Below, one piece after another: positions 1-9,872 of a stretch of DNA of 23,614 nt (its first letter is position 1; every line of letters starts with the position of its first letter). The notes below the pieces were generated by a model. The model saw only the letters and a program-made list of their open reading frames with translations, was not told the DNA's origin and ran no database searches. The DNA comes from Oligoflexales bacterium (lineage in GTDB: Bacteria > Bdellovibrionota_B > Oligoflexia > Oligoflexales > CAIYRB01). The position numbers and the translations under genes are program-made. The DNA lies in NCBI GenBank assembly GCA_041736175.1, contig JBGSUI010000110.1, positions 1-23,614 of the forward strand. Direction: 5' to 3'.

Positions 1-123
1 TCTGGGGGTCAAAACAGTTTAAAATGCTTTCTGGACTCCGCGGGAATATCCCCTACTATCCGAAAGATGGGGAGACTGATTTTAGGTCCAAATCCTAGGA
101 TAGGATTTAGGCTCGTACCCCCC

Positions 124-405
124 CTATTTGGACACCCCACCTTCAGTATTGCCTGAATCAAGAATCTTTGGGCCGAAGAAACCCAGGGTGAATCCCAAGC
201 AACCGATAATGGCACCGACTAAAATGGCATTAAGCAGCCTCAAAAGCATCCCCTCAATCTTGAATTTCCTTAAAACCACTACCAACGCTATCAATATAAG
301 AATCAATATGAGTTTGACCGGATGGCTGAGGCTGTTACCGATGGCCAGGACGGATTGAAAAAACAAAGCCAGGAGTCCATTGTCAATCATAATTCCCCCT
401 TGCAT
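124..405 (-). pseudogene. Small membrane protein, probably 3'-truncated
   Basis: Hydrophobic ORF ending ...IIGCLGFTLGFFGPKILDSGNTEG-GVSK*. It resembles small membrane proteins that, as I recall, continue GFFGP..P.ANQGPLLGIFITGP. The sequence diverges and stops exactly where an IS-end-like motif (109-135) begins. The start may be 390 (AGGGGGA just upstream). Confidence 0.45.
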
Positions 406-659
406 TTCAGCTTATGGACTTGAGTCGTATGAGTTTTGTGGATATATCGTACTATGCAAAAAGCAAGTTTCAATTCTATTCAGGCCCGTAAATACAAATT
501 CCTAGCACTGATTTTCTTCTTAGAATGTGTTAGCAAGTGTCGTCATGCCAAGCCGGCCGAAGTCGCCACCAAGATTAAAGGCGGTCGAGGGGTGACTTTT
601 GGCCAGACTTGGGGTAGAGGCCATTTTTTGAGTTTTTTACAAGCTCTCCAGCCCATCCA

Positions 660-688
660 TGGACGAATGTACCTATGGACGGTATGAT
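660..688 (+). promoter_or_regulatory. Putative sigma70 promoter for the DUF1573 gene
   Basis: TGGACG(660-665)-17 nt-TATGAT(683-688), about 64 nt upstream of ATG 752. Confidence 0.5.
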
Positions 689-751
689 AATGACTTTGAT
701 AGGTTAAATACGACAGACCTGATCCCCACTTTTTTTGGGTGGAACACAAAC

Positions 752-1768
752 ATGCAAAGATACCTTCGTCCCCTTGTGATCTTTTTCCACCTTGTCCTAG
801 CTCTACCCTCTGCAATGGCTGACGAAGGGATTGTGGGAAATTTAAAATTCGACCATTTATCATTTGATTTTGGCGATGTGTACCGGGGTCAAACAGTAAG
901 TCACCGGTTTGTCTTTGCCAATGCAGGCCAAGGCCCCCTCGTGATCCAGGGCGTCCATGCTGCCTGCGGCTGCACTGCTGTCGAGGTAGAAAAAAACAAA
1001 AAATACCAGCCAGGGGAAACAGGATTTATCGAAGTAAAACTCGACACCACAAGCTTTGTCGGCCCTATCGTCAAAACGATTACGGTTTTATCAAACGAAA
1101 AACTCCTACCAGATCGCATCCTCACCGTCCGGGCCGATATAAAAACCGATCTTATGGCTGAGCCCCCGCTCCTTGATTTTGGCGATATTTATTCCAAAGA
1201 AGGAGCCGCTAAATCAATACGTATTCAGGCCATAGCACCCTTTACCCTTAAGGTTTCTGGTCTTATTTTTAATCAAGACCTCTTTACTGCATCCTTCGTC
1301 CCTGCTGGGGCCAACGGAACCCTGCAGGTTGCGCTGAAACCTGGACTGCGACCTGGTTTTATCAGAGAGACGATCGTGCTCAAAACCAACTCAAAACACC
1401 TCTCAGATCTCCCTATACCCATAAGGGCCAATATCAAAGGTAATCTGGAGTTTGCCCCCCATTATTTGGAATTCGGGGCCATCGAACCCCTCGACCAGGT
1501 CCGTCGCTCTCTATCCCTTAAGGGGCTCACGGATTTTAATGTCACAGGATCGAGGGTCGAGATGATTGTCAATGGTCAGAAGATTGAAAATAGCGAAAAA
1601 TACCTGCTGATATCTACCATGAGTCACGAAAAATCTAAAAAGCTCGTCTCTATCTCCCTTAAAAACGCACTCGGGATTGCGGGAAGCGTTCATGGAAAAC
1701 TCTTTCTGAAAACCACGGATAAAGTTCAAAACGAGCTGGCTGTAGATTTCTATGCTTTCTTCCGCTAA
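752..1768 (+). CDS. Secreted DUF1573 / Ig-like repeat protein
   Basis: Signal peptide from ATG 752 (MQRYLRPLVIFFHLVLALPSAMA). DUF1573 hallmarks FDFG..., N.G..PLVI..V..ACGCT, PGE.G.I.V, followed by two further 'LDFG/LEFG' Ig-like repeats. Confidence 0.8.
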   Translation: MQRYLRPLVIFFHLVLALPSAMADEGIVGNLKFDHLSFDFGDVYRGQTVSHRFVFANAGQGPLVIQGVHAACGCTAVEVEKNKKYQPGETGFIEVKLDTTSFVGPIVKTITVLSNEKLLPDRILTVRADIKTDLMAEPPLLDFGDIYSKEGAAKSIRIQAIAPFTLKVSGLIFNQDLFTASFVPAGANGTLQVALKPGLRPGFIRETIVLKTNSKHLSDLPIPIRANIKGNLEFAPHYLEFGAIEPLDQVRRSLSLKGLTDFNVTGSRVEMIVNGQKIENSEKYLLISTMSHEKSKKLVSISLKNALGIAGSVHGKLFLKTTDKVQNELAVDFYAFFR

Positions 1769-1953
1769 AACAGAACCATCTGAGAACACCAATTAGGAAG
1801 GACTCATCCCGTGGACTATACCCTCTATTATGTGATCTTCGGACTCCTCTTTCACGGAGGGATGCTAGCTTATTGGATTGTTTCTCATAAACTTCGGGAC
1901 CCCAAAAAAATATATATGATGGATCCTGAAAAAACCTCCCCAGCCTCGACCTC

Positions 1954-3315
1954 TTAGGCCAAGACCCCAAGGATCGCTGTCTTGTTTCCATCGGTGATCA
2001 CCACATCCCGCAGTTGACCCACAAGGTTTTCCTCTGAAGCGACCCTGACGAGTCGAAAGTGTTGGGTCCGGCCATAATAAAACCCTGGATTTTTCTTGCT
2101 TTCATAGTGAAACAGCACTTCCCTGGTCTTACCAATTTCTGCCAACTGCTGGGCCATAGTGATCTGGTCCTGGAGTTGATTGAGTTGGCTCAACCGCGCT
2201 TCTTTGACTTCTTCAGATATTTGATTTTGGTACCTGGCAGCGGGAGTGTTTTTCCTGGGCGAGTATTTAAAAGAAAAGCAGAAACTAAATCCAATGTCTT
2301 GCACAAGGCTCAGGGTTTCTTGGAAGTCGGCATCGGTTTCTCCGGGAAAACCGACAATCAAGTCTGTCGATAAGGCGACATCGGGAATACGTTGGCGCAA
2401 CCAACCTATTTTTTGCCGAAACTCCGCAGCCGTAACCTTGCGCTTCATGGCCGCTAAAATACGGTCGCTACCACTTTGGACTGGCAGATGGAGATAGCGC
2501 CCCAGCTTGGGCTCTGCCTTAAAAAGATCTGCTAGGGCTTCGGAAAAGTCATGGGGGTTTGAGGTGGTAAAACGAATCCGTTCTAGACCCTCGATCACGG
2601 CGACCTGCTTGAGCAGAGCGACCATATCAGTGTTGATATCAGCTCCATAGCTGTTGACGTTTTGGCCTAGGAGAGTGATCTCCCTAGCTCCCGCACTTAC
2701 CATAGACTGGCATTCTTGGACGACCAGGTCGGGACTCTTAGAGACCTCTCGCCCTCGGGTTAAGGGCACGATACAAAAGGTGCAGAAGTTATCACATCCC
2801 TGCTGGATATTAACAAACCTAGACACCTCAGCCTTGCCAGTGATGGTAGGCGGTGCTGCTTCGACTTGCAGCCTTGGGGTGTCCTGGAGCGCGTCATCCT
2901 GATGATTCCTGTCCTTAAAAGTCCCCTTGTTAAACCCTAAGGCCACGGCAGGTTTCTTAGAGAGGGCAAATTGCTCTAATAAGGCGGGCAAATCATCGAT
3001 TCTTCCCGGCCCAAAAAGCACATCGATGGCCGGCGCATCCTGGAGCAATCGAGCCCCCTCGGCCTGGGCAACACAGCCAGCCACCGCAATGGTCATACCA
3101 GGAGTTTTCATCTTTAACTCCTTGAGAACACCCAGGCGGCTCATCACTTTATGCTTGGCTTTTTCGCGAATATGACAGGTATTAAGCAGGATCAGATCTG
3201 CCTCTTCGGGAGAGCCCACCATCTCATAGTCATGGGCCCGCAAAAGCTGGAGCATTCGCTCACTGTCTGCGGTATTCATTTGACATCCCCAGGTCTCGAT
3301 ATGAACCCGCTGCAT
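1954..3315 (-). CDS. miaB: tRNA-2-methylthio-N6-dimethylallyladenosine synthase MiaB
   Basis: TWGCQMN..DSE, NTCHIREKA, radical SAM CDNFCTFC, LLGQNVNSYG, RFTTSNP, HLPVQSGSD, IVGFPGET, C-terminal TRAM domain. Start placed at ATG 3315 after a GGGGG SD. Confidence 0.95.
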   Translation of the reverse strand: MQRVHIETWGCQMNTADSERMLQLLRAHDYEMVGSPEEADLILLNTCHIREKAKHKVMSRLGVLKELKMKTPGMTIAVAGCVAQAEGARLLQDAPAIDVLFGPGRIDDLPALLEQFALSKKPAVALGFNKGTFKDRNHQDDALQDTPRLQVEAAPPTITGKAEVSRFVNIQQGCDNFCTFCIVPLTRGREVSKSPDLVVQECQSMVSAGAREITLLGQNVNSYGADINTDMVALLKQVAVIEGLERIRFTTSNPHDFSEALADLFKAEPKLGRYLHLPVQSGSDRILAAMKRKVTAAEFRQKIGWLRQRIPDVALSTDLIVGFPGETDADFQETLSLVQDIGFSFCFSFKYSPRKNTPAARYQNQISEEVKEARLSQLNQLQDQITMAQQLAEIGKTREVLFHYESKKNPGFYYGRTQHFRLVRVASEENLVGQLRDVVITDGNKTAILGVLA

Positions 3316-3375
3316 GTGATCCCCCCTAACTCTTCCCATCCCTTTAACGAAAACACTCATCATAAATTAAGGCTG

Positions 3376-4947
3376 TTATTTGCGATTTTTCTTGCGGGCT
3401 TTTTTTGCATCTTTTCGGAGCTTCCGCTGCTTTTCTCGATCCGCCTCGCTTCGGGGTCTAAGTCCTGCTCCAGGCACCCCACCCCCACCAAACAGGTCCA
3501 TGCCGAAGGGAACTCCACCCATTCCCCCACCACCTCCAAAAGGTGGCATGCCTCCCATGGCGCCGGAGGCCATCTTGCGAAGTTGGTTCAACTGAGATAG
3601 CTGGCCCATCCCTGGGATCTTCCCTAGGAGCCCCATATTTTTACCTACGGATCCCATCATCTGCCGCATCATATTAAACTTTTTAGTGAGTTCCTGCACA
3701 TCTTTGATGGTTCGACCCGCACCCTTTGCCACCCGGCGGATCCGGCTATCAGTAAGGGGAGTCACCAAAAGCCGCTCTTTTTGGGTCATGGAATCAATGA
3801 TCGACTTGGTCTTGGCAAACTGGCGTTCATCAAAATCAAAATCCTTTGGGATCAATCCCTGGATCGGCAGTTTCGCTAGGATGTCTTTAACCGGACCCAT
3901 GTTTTGGATCATGGAAACCTGCTCGTAGAAATCCAGATAGCTAAACTGGCCCTGCAACATCCGAAGGGTTTCTGCTTCCATGTCTTTTTTAGAGACCCTT
4001 TGGAAGTCTTCCATCAACCCAACGATATCTCCCATCCCAAGGATTCGGCTTGCAAGTCCCTCGGGCCTAAACTCCTCAAGGCGATCGAGATCCTCGCCCA
4101 TCCCGAGGAACTTAATAGGGCGACCTACTACCTCCCTGATCGAAAGAGCAGCGCCGCCCCGGGCGTCTCCATCGAGTTTGGTCATCACCACTCCCGATAG
4201 ATCGAGCCGTTCATGGAACGCCTTAGCGGTCGTCACGGCATCCTGGCCCATCATGGCGTCGCAGATAAACAAAACATGATCCGGGCGGGTTACTTTCTTA
4301 ATATCGTCAAGCTCTTGCATCAATGTTTCATCGATGGTGAGGCGACCTGCTGTATCGTAAATAATCAAATCGCACCCAAGTTCCGCTGCCTTTGCAGAAG
4401 CCTGACGACAGATTTCTACGGCAGAAACTCCGGCCACATGAAACACCGGTGCTCCGACTTTGGAGCCTAGCACCTTAAGCTGTTCAACGGCTGCGGGCCG
4501 ATAGATATCCGCAGCCACGAGCAGTGGTTTGCGCTGATTTTTACGCATCAAGTATTTTGTGAGTTTCCCCGTCGTGGTGGTCTTACCAGATCCCTGGAGA
4601 CCCACCATCATGATGGCTGCCGTTCGGTTTTTGGGGAGTTCGAGGCTCGAGTCAGCTTCGCCCATTAGTTTAATAAGCTGATCGTGGCAGATTTGGACAA
4701 AATGCTCCCCTGCACCGATCCGCATGGAGGCAGCACCCGTTCCCGCCTTAAGGCTGACCTCTCGCCCGAGGGCTTCCTTTTTGACTTCTTCGAGAAATTT
4801 TTTAACAACCCCATACTCAACGTCACCCTCGAGCAAGCTCTTGCGAATATCGCCCAATGCCTCGTCGATATTTTGCGGGGTTAGTATCGTTTTGCCACGG
4901 ATTCGATCTTTTGCCTGGCGAAAGCCATCGCTGATAATATCTAGCAT
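3376..4947 (-). CDS. ffh: Signal recognition particle protein Ffh
   Basis: GLQGSGKTTT, AADIYRPAA, DTAGR, DAMMGQDA, TKLDGDARGGAALS, RILGMGD, Met-rich M domain and a Gly/Met-rich then basic tail. Confidence 0.97.
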   Translation of the reverse strand: MLDIISDGFRQAKDRIRGKTILTPQNIDEALGDIRKSLLEGDVEYGVVKKFLEEVKKEALGREVSLKAGTGAASMRIGAGEHFVQICHDQLIKLMGEADSSLELPKNRTAAIMMVGLQGSGKTTTTGKLTKYLMRKNQRKPLLVAADIYRPAAVEQLKVLGSKVGAPVFHVAGVSAVEICRQASAKAAELGCDLIIYDTAGRLTIDETLMQELDDIKKVTRPDHVLFICDAMMGQDAVTTAKAFHERLDLSGVVMTKLDGDARGGAALSIREVVGRPIKFLGMGEDLDRLEEFRPEGLASRILGMGDIVGLMEDFQRVSKKDMEAETLRMLQGQFSYLDFYEQVSMIQNMGPVKDILAKLPIQGLIPKDFDFDERQFAKTKSIIDSMTQKERLLVTPLTDSRIRRVAKGAGRTIKDVQELTKKFNMMRQMMGSVGKNMGLLGKIPGMGQLSQLNQLRKMASGAMGGMPPFGGGGGMGGVPFGMDLFGGGGVPGAGLRPRSEADREKQRKLRKDAKKARKKNRK

Positions 4948-4981
4948 CTCACACTCCGGAATTGAGGTCCCATTCGGGGAT

Positions 4982-5015
4982 CGTCTTATATATAACGATA
5001 AGACGCCCCCGTCAA
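4982..5015 (-). promoter_or_regulatory. Putative sigma70 promoter of ffh with overlapping inverted repeat
   Basis: Minus strand TTGACG(5015-5010)-17 nt-TATATA(4992-4987). A perfect 8-bp IR, CGTCTTAT(4982-4989)/ATAAGACG(4998-5005), overlaps the -10. Confidence 0.5.
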
Positions 5016-5143
5016 TGCAGTAAAATTGAGGATTTAGGTAGTGAAGTTTGGTGGTTAGAAAACCAAATATTTGCTACGATCAGGAGTGGGTGCACCGGTC
5101 CTGTGACCTTCGGCTAGACCCGACCATAGTCCCAGAGGATATC

Positions 5144-5443
5144 ATGTCCAAAAAACGCCGTCTCTTTAGAGTTAAGTTTCAAGAACGCCACGAAAAAGCT
5201 CCCATCACGGTCGTGGTCGAAAGCTTTGCCCCATCCGAGCATTTTGGGTTGGTGTGCCTCGAAAAATTTGTCTTTTTTGACCAAACTAAATTTGTTGTTC
5301 TTCCCGAAGAAGACGAAACCCGCAAAAGGTTTTCCAAGACCGAAAGACTTCATATCCCCTACCACGGACTCATATCGGTGGAAGAGTTTGACGAAGACGA
5401 ACCTGATCTTAAAAACCTGCCCTTTATAAGACCGCTGGCATGA
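5144..5443 (+). CDS. DUF1820-like protein
   Basis: ATG 5144 after a GAGGA SD. Pattern LFRVKF...S..FGLV.LE.FVF.....VV.P.E......F....R.HIP.H.L..VEE matches my recollection of DUF1820. Confidence 0.7.
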   Translation: MSKKRRLFRVKFQERHEKAPITVVVESFAPSEHFGLVCLEKFVFFDQTKFVVLPEEDETRKRFSKTERLHIPYHGLISVEEFDEDEPDLKNLPFIRPLA

Positions 5444-7767
5444 CTAAATCTTTGCTCTATGCCCTCAATGTTTTATTAATGGTTGCGTTCACAGGATCCT
5501 TGGCTGCTTGGCAGTTGGGGGAATGGAGTTTTAAAGAGCGTGCTCCACCCGAGACCCTCCCCACCCTGTCGAAAGCTGCTAGACCAGAGCATCCAGGGAC
5601 CGGTCGGCTTTTTATCCTCTTTGTAGAGTCCCTTAGGGATAAGACCGCTCGGCATCCGGATCTGATGCCATACCTAACCAGTATGCAGCCCCGCGCAACC
5701 TTTGGAACATTAGAGACGGGTTACGATGCCGCTACGGAGCCGGCCTTGATCGCTGCTTTTAGCGGGTACGAGTCAAAAAAGGCCCTTGGAACCCTCCAAG
5801 GATTTATCAATCCGACGCTACGGTTGCCCTCGCTGTTTACGGTCGCTAAACAATTCGGACTTCGGTCGGTGGTTTATTCGGACTATCAGACGTTTGGTGT
5901 TTTCAGAGACGATCTCACGGAGCGAAGGTCCCGCACGGAGGGCAAGACCGATTCCATGGCTTCGAGCCTTGAAAAACTCCCCGAAGCCCTCGACGAGTTT
6001 CTCAACGGAGAAACTGCCCTCATGGTTTACCATATTGATGAGCTAGACGGCGTAGCCCATCGACGGGGTGTTGATCATGAAGACTATAAAAATACAGTCA
6101 ACGAGATCGACCAAGCCATAAAAATCCTCGACACCAAGATCCCGCCCCAAGATAGTTTATTGATTTTTGGCGACCATGGACACAACGAAGCCGGTAGACA
6201 TTCTCTAGGCCTCAATGTACCGACCTATTTTTTAGCTCGTGGCGTTGGGATTTCCCCGCCCCAACAGGAGATCAAAAAAAAATCTCTCACATCCCTCTAT
6301 GCTTTGATATCCCAGTTACTCAAAATACCCACCCTATCCAACTCTCTGGGGACTCCTCTACACGGGACCTTTGGCCCCCAACACCAACCTGAGCCTTGGA
6401 GTTGGTACCTTATCAGTGGGGTTATCGGATTGATGGGGTTCCTCTGGTGGAAGACTTCAAGCCTTATCACCCGGGGACCAGAAACACCGAGGCGCCCATG
6501 GGGTACGCCTTCCATCGCCTGGAACCTCCTTCAGGGACTTACTGCCATAGTTTTTGGGCTCGCCTTTTTCGGGCTGGGACAAGCCATGAGCGAGTTTGGT
6601 CCCCTTTTGAGAGATGCTCCCCTCCATATCATCAATAAATTCTGGCTCGCCTCACTGATTATTGTTTGGTTTATGGTGCCTGGTCGCTCCTCTGCTACTT
6701 TAAGTCTTATGTTTTTTGTCATTCCCTTCTTTCTTTTGGTTCCCAATTTTTACAGATATGGAGCACCAGGAGTGTTTGCTCCTGCATGGATCATCTGGGC
6801 GTTCGCCATAGGCCGGGAGATCTTTGCTCGCAAAACGACAAAAGCAACCGAGCACAAGTCTCTAAAGACTCTCGTTTCTATCGGGATCCTGGTTTACATA
6901 CTCCAGCTTTTTTTCTTTGCCGAAGGTCAAAAACCAACAAGTAGCTGGTTTACTCCGCTGATTGCAGAAATCACCCCTACCTCCGTTTTTGTCCGCGCTC
7001 TTTTTGGGTCTGTGATCGCCTATCTACTGATTGACCGCGCCCACGCTCGACCCGCCGTCCGTGGCCTGGCCGCCCTATTTGCCCTCTACACACTCTTAGT
7101 ACAAACGCGGATTTTGCCCCATGGGGGCCCCCTGGAAATCCTGGCGGCAAGCCTTATGTTACTCGCAAGTTTTTTAATCGGCTCACCCCTTAAGATCGGT
7201 TCATTTTTTCGTGAGCCTCAGCACACTGCTAAGTCTCTATATCTGGTCAGCATGATTCTCCTCACTTTTGAGGTTTTAAGGCTTAATCTCGATACCCGAG
7301 TCAACCTTCTTTTTATCTTCCTAGCCATCCGTATTAGCTTAAAGCTTATAGACTGGTCCGAGGCACCTAGGAATGATAGGTCCAATCACATCCTCTTTGT
7401 AGCCTTGGTAGGGTTTGTTGGAGTGGGCTGGATCACACTAGGATGGGGGTTTTCCCGACTGGATTGGGGTCCCCTCTTTGATTATGTCCCACCAGAGATT
7501 GTGGGGCGCAAAATGGGGCACTTTCTCCCCTTGATCTTGATTCGATTCGCCTTGCCGATCATCGTCCTTAGGACTCTGCTCCAGGAAGCCTGCATCGATC
7601 AGGTTTCTTTTCCTGCTGCAAATCTAGCGAGAATCCTCGGATTTAAATACCTAAGCCTGCTTCTTATCGTCTTTGGGATCGGGTTTGACCAGCCTGGAAG
7701 CCTTATGTACTTTGAAGCGGTCGCCCAACTCGGGGTTTTTATGATCCTGTGCGCTGGGTTTCTCTAA
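5440..7767 (+). CDS. Alkaline-phosphatase-superfamily polytopic membrane enzyme (GPI ethanolamine-phosphate transferase-like)
   Basis: N-terminal anchor, then a soluble domain with RLFILFVESLR, MPYL, ATEP, H..ELDGVAH, EIDQAI, FGDHGH..GRH, followed by many hydrophobic helices. ATGA overlap with the upstream gene. Confidence 0.7.
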   Translation: MTKSLLYALNVLLMVAFTGSLAAWQLGEWSFKERAPPETLPTLSKAARPEHPGTGRLFILFVESLRDKTARHPDLMPYLTSMQPRATFGTLETGYDAATEPALIAAFSGYESKKALGTLQGFINPTLRLPSLFTVAKQFGLRSVVYSDYQTFGVFRDDLTERRSRTEGKTDSMASSLEKLPEALDEFLNGETALMVYHIDELDGVAHRRGVDHEDYKNTVNEIDQAIKILDTKIPPQDSLLIFGDHGHNEAGRHSLGLNVPTYFLARGVGISPPQQEIKKKSLTSLYALISQLLKIPTLSNSLGTPLHGTFGPQHQPEPWSWYLISGVIGLMGFLWWKTSSLITRGPETPRRPWGTPSIAWNLLQGLTAIVFGLAFFGLGQAMSEFGPLLRDAPLHIINKFWLASLIIVWFMVPGRSSATLSLMFFVIPFFLLVPNFYRYGAPGVFAPAWIIWAFAIGREIFARKTTKATEHKSLKTLVSIGILVYILQLFFFAEGQKPTSSWFTPLIAEITPTSVFVRALFGSVIAYLLIDRAHARPAVRGLAALFALYTLLVQTRILPHGGPLEILAASLMLLASFLIGSPLKIGSFFREPQHTAKSLYLVSMILLTFEVLRLNLDTRVNLLFIFLAIRISLKLIDWSEAPRNDRSNHILFVALVGFVGVGWITLGWGFSRLDWGPLFDYVPPEIVGRKMGHFLPLILIRFALPIIVLRTLLQEACIDQVSFPAANLARILGFKYLSLLLIVFGIGFDQPGSLMYFEAVAQLGVFMILCAGFL

Positions 7768-7822
7768 GATTAAATCCCTTGGGTGGGCGGCCTATCCGCT
7801 CCAGAAAAAATTTGCCTCCAAA

Positions 7823-8776
7823 TCACTCGTCAAAAAGCCACGTGGAAAGATATCTTTCGCCAGTGCTGGGAATGATAACCACAATCGTCTTATCTTTGTT
7901 TTCTGGCCTTGAAGCCACCTTAACCGCAGCTGCTATGGCTGCACCCGAAGATATCCCACAAAAAATACCTTCTTCTTTAGCAGCCCGGCGAGCCCAGATC
8001 CCTGCTTCGTCATTGGCTATGGTGATCACCTCGTCGATGAGTTTAGGATCGACGATCTGTGGGACAAAGCCAGCTCCGATTCCCTGGATTTTATGGGGTC
8101 CAGGACTCCCGCCCGAGAGCACTGCAGAGTCTTTAGGTTCGACCGCGATCGCTTTAAAGCTAGGTTTTTTTTGTTTAAGGACTTGGCTGACTCCCGTGAT
8201 GGTTCCCCCTGTTCCGACCCCGCTCACTAAAAAATCCACCTTCCCATCGGTATCGTCCCAAATCTCCAAGGCCGTGGTGGTCTTATGGACCTCCACGTTG
8301 GCTGGATTTTTAAACTGCTGGGGCATAAAGTAGGTCGGGTTTTCGGCCTTGATCTCTTCAGCTCGGGCTATCGCGCCCTTCATCCCCTTATCTCCAGGGG
8401 TCAAGACCACCTCGGCCCCTAAAGCCTTGAGCATTTTACGCCGCTCCATGCTCATGGTCTCAGGCATCGTGAGAATAAGTCGGTAGCCCTTTCTGGCTGC
8501 CACAAAGGCAAGAGCGATCCCTGTATTACCGCTTGTCGGTTCGACAATCGTTGAACCCGGCTTAAGCTCACCGGAGGCCTCAGCCGCAGCGATCATCGCA
8601 GCACCAATCCGATCTTTCACGCTCGACAAGGGATTAAAGTACTCTAGTTTGAGCAGTATCTTGCCAGGCAACCCCACACCGAGGGGCCCTAGGCGCACTA
8701 GAGGGGTGAAGCCGATGGTGTCGAGGATACTATTTGCGATCTTGGGACGCTGTCTTGACGGGTGACTTGTATTCAT
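7823..8776 (-). CDS. cysK: Cysteine synthase A
   Basis: [16 protein letters not shown] (PLP lysine), [55 protein letters not shown]. Confidence 0.96.
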   Translation of the reverse strand: MNTSHPSRQRPKIANSILDTIGFTPLVRLGPLGVGLPGKILLKLEYFNPLSSVKDRIGAAMIAAAEASGELKPGSTIVEPTSGNTGIALAFVAARKGYRLILTMPETMSMERRKMLKALGAEVVLTPGDKGMKGAIARAEEIKAENPTYFMPQQFKNPANVEVHKTTTALEIWDDTDGKVDFLVSGVGTGGTITGVSQVLKQKKPSFKAIAVEPKDSAVLSGGSPGPHKIQGIGAGFVPQIVDPKLIDEVITIANDEAGIWARRAAKEEGIFCGISSGAAIAAAVKVASRPENKDKTIVVIIPSTGERYLSTWLFDE

Positions 8777-8806
8777 ATTTTAATTCCATAATTTGAAGTG
8801 TTCGAC

Positions 8807-9805
8807 TCAATCAAAACACGAACTATCCACCGAACAATGCAAGGTCAACTCACAGGATGCAAGCTGTTTATCACCAGCCACCGCGGAGCTGGTCCCCACT
8901 TTAAGTAGATCCTGAACGCATGTTGGAAAATAACTTTGACAGTCCGGCGTAGCTGCTGAGCAAGTCGGAAGCGATGCACATCCTTTGTCAGCTGCTGCAA
9001 TCAATTTGGCCAATTGTTTTTCCAGAGAATTAAGATCACTAGCAGAGCCTGCGATATTGAGAAAGCTGCACCCCGAAGCCGCAAGCATCACAAGACTCAT
9101 CCGTGCCGAAGCCGAAGCTGCATTGGTCAGTGCACTATCGAGGAGGCCGATATTTGGACAGCTAGACCCGTTACTGGAAGCCGAACTCTTAATCGATTGA
9201 AGGGCCGTAAGACTCGCCGTCATGGCATCTTTGGCATCCACAAAAGTAGGTAGCGCCAAAATCCCAGCAAGAAGACAGGAGGTATTAGAAATCGATTTAT
9301 CTTCGGGTTGAGGAGCTGTACGCAAGAGAGTGATCGCTTGGTTAACGATGGCTACCCGCTGGGTTTTTTCCTCTCCTGTCCCCAGGACCGAACTGGACAT
9401 AGAGTTAAGAAAGCTATCGAGGCCACCGGAAGATTTTTTTTCGGTACTTGTTTGGCTATCAAGAAAGTTTTTGATGATACCCCAGAGATCGAGATTAACC
9501 TGTCCTAAGGTTGCCGCAACAAAGAGGAGACGGGTTTCATTGGAGTTCTCTTCTTCGTTTTGGGTCATAGGTTCTAAGATGCTCGCTGCAGCCCCATAGT
9601 CTTTTTGGTCCAGCTTGATTTTTGCAGATTCCAGCTTCACCTTAGGCTCGTCTTTATGAAGCGGGTCAGAAAATGGCTGAAAAAAGTTAAATTCTTCGCT
9701 CCCACCGCACGAGCTCCAGATCAAGCCTATAAGTCCTAACGTGATGAGCAGCGAGGTGCCGCGGATGAGCAGGGTGGGAATACGGTCCATACCATACTTG
9801 TCCAT
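8807..9805 (-). CDS. Cysteine-rich lipoprotein of unknown function
   Basis: Hydrophobic stretch followed by lipobox-like LIWSSC, a TPR-like helix (AKIKLDQKDYGAAASILE) and 10 further Cys. Start likely ATG 9805 (GGAGA SD); the ORF extends to 9820. Confidence 0.7.
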   Translation of the reverse strand: MDKYGMDRIPTLLIRGTSLLITLGLIGLIWSSCGGSEEFNFFQPFSDPLHKDEPKVKLESAKIKLDQKDYGAAASILEPMTQNEEENSNETRLLFVAATLGQVNLDLWGIIKNFLDSQTSTEKKSSGGLDSFLNSMSSSVLGTGEEKTQRVAIVNQAITLLRTAPQPEDKSISNTSCLLAGILALPTFVDAKDAMTASLTALQSIKSSASSNGSSCPNIGLLDSALTNAASASARMSLVMLAASGCSFLNIAGSASDLNSLEKQLAKLIAAADKGCASLPTCSAATPDCQSYFPTCVQDLLKVGTSSAVAGDKQLASCELTLHCSVDSSCFD

Positions 9806-9872
9806 AGGATAGTTCTCCATTAAATGTAGTTAAATATTGGGGTTTTCGAAAGTTAGTCATAAAAGGCAAAAT

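Noticed and set aside
533..552. sigma54-like TGGCATG...TTGCT on the minus strand
   Set aside because: The GG-to-GC spacing is 3 nt too long.
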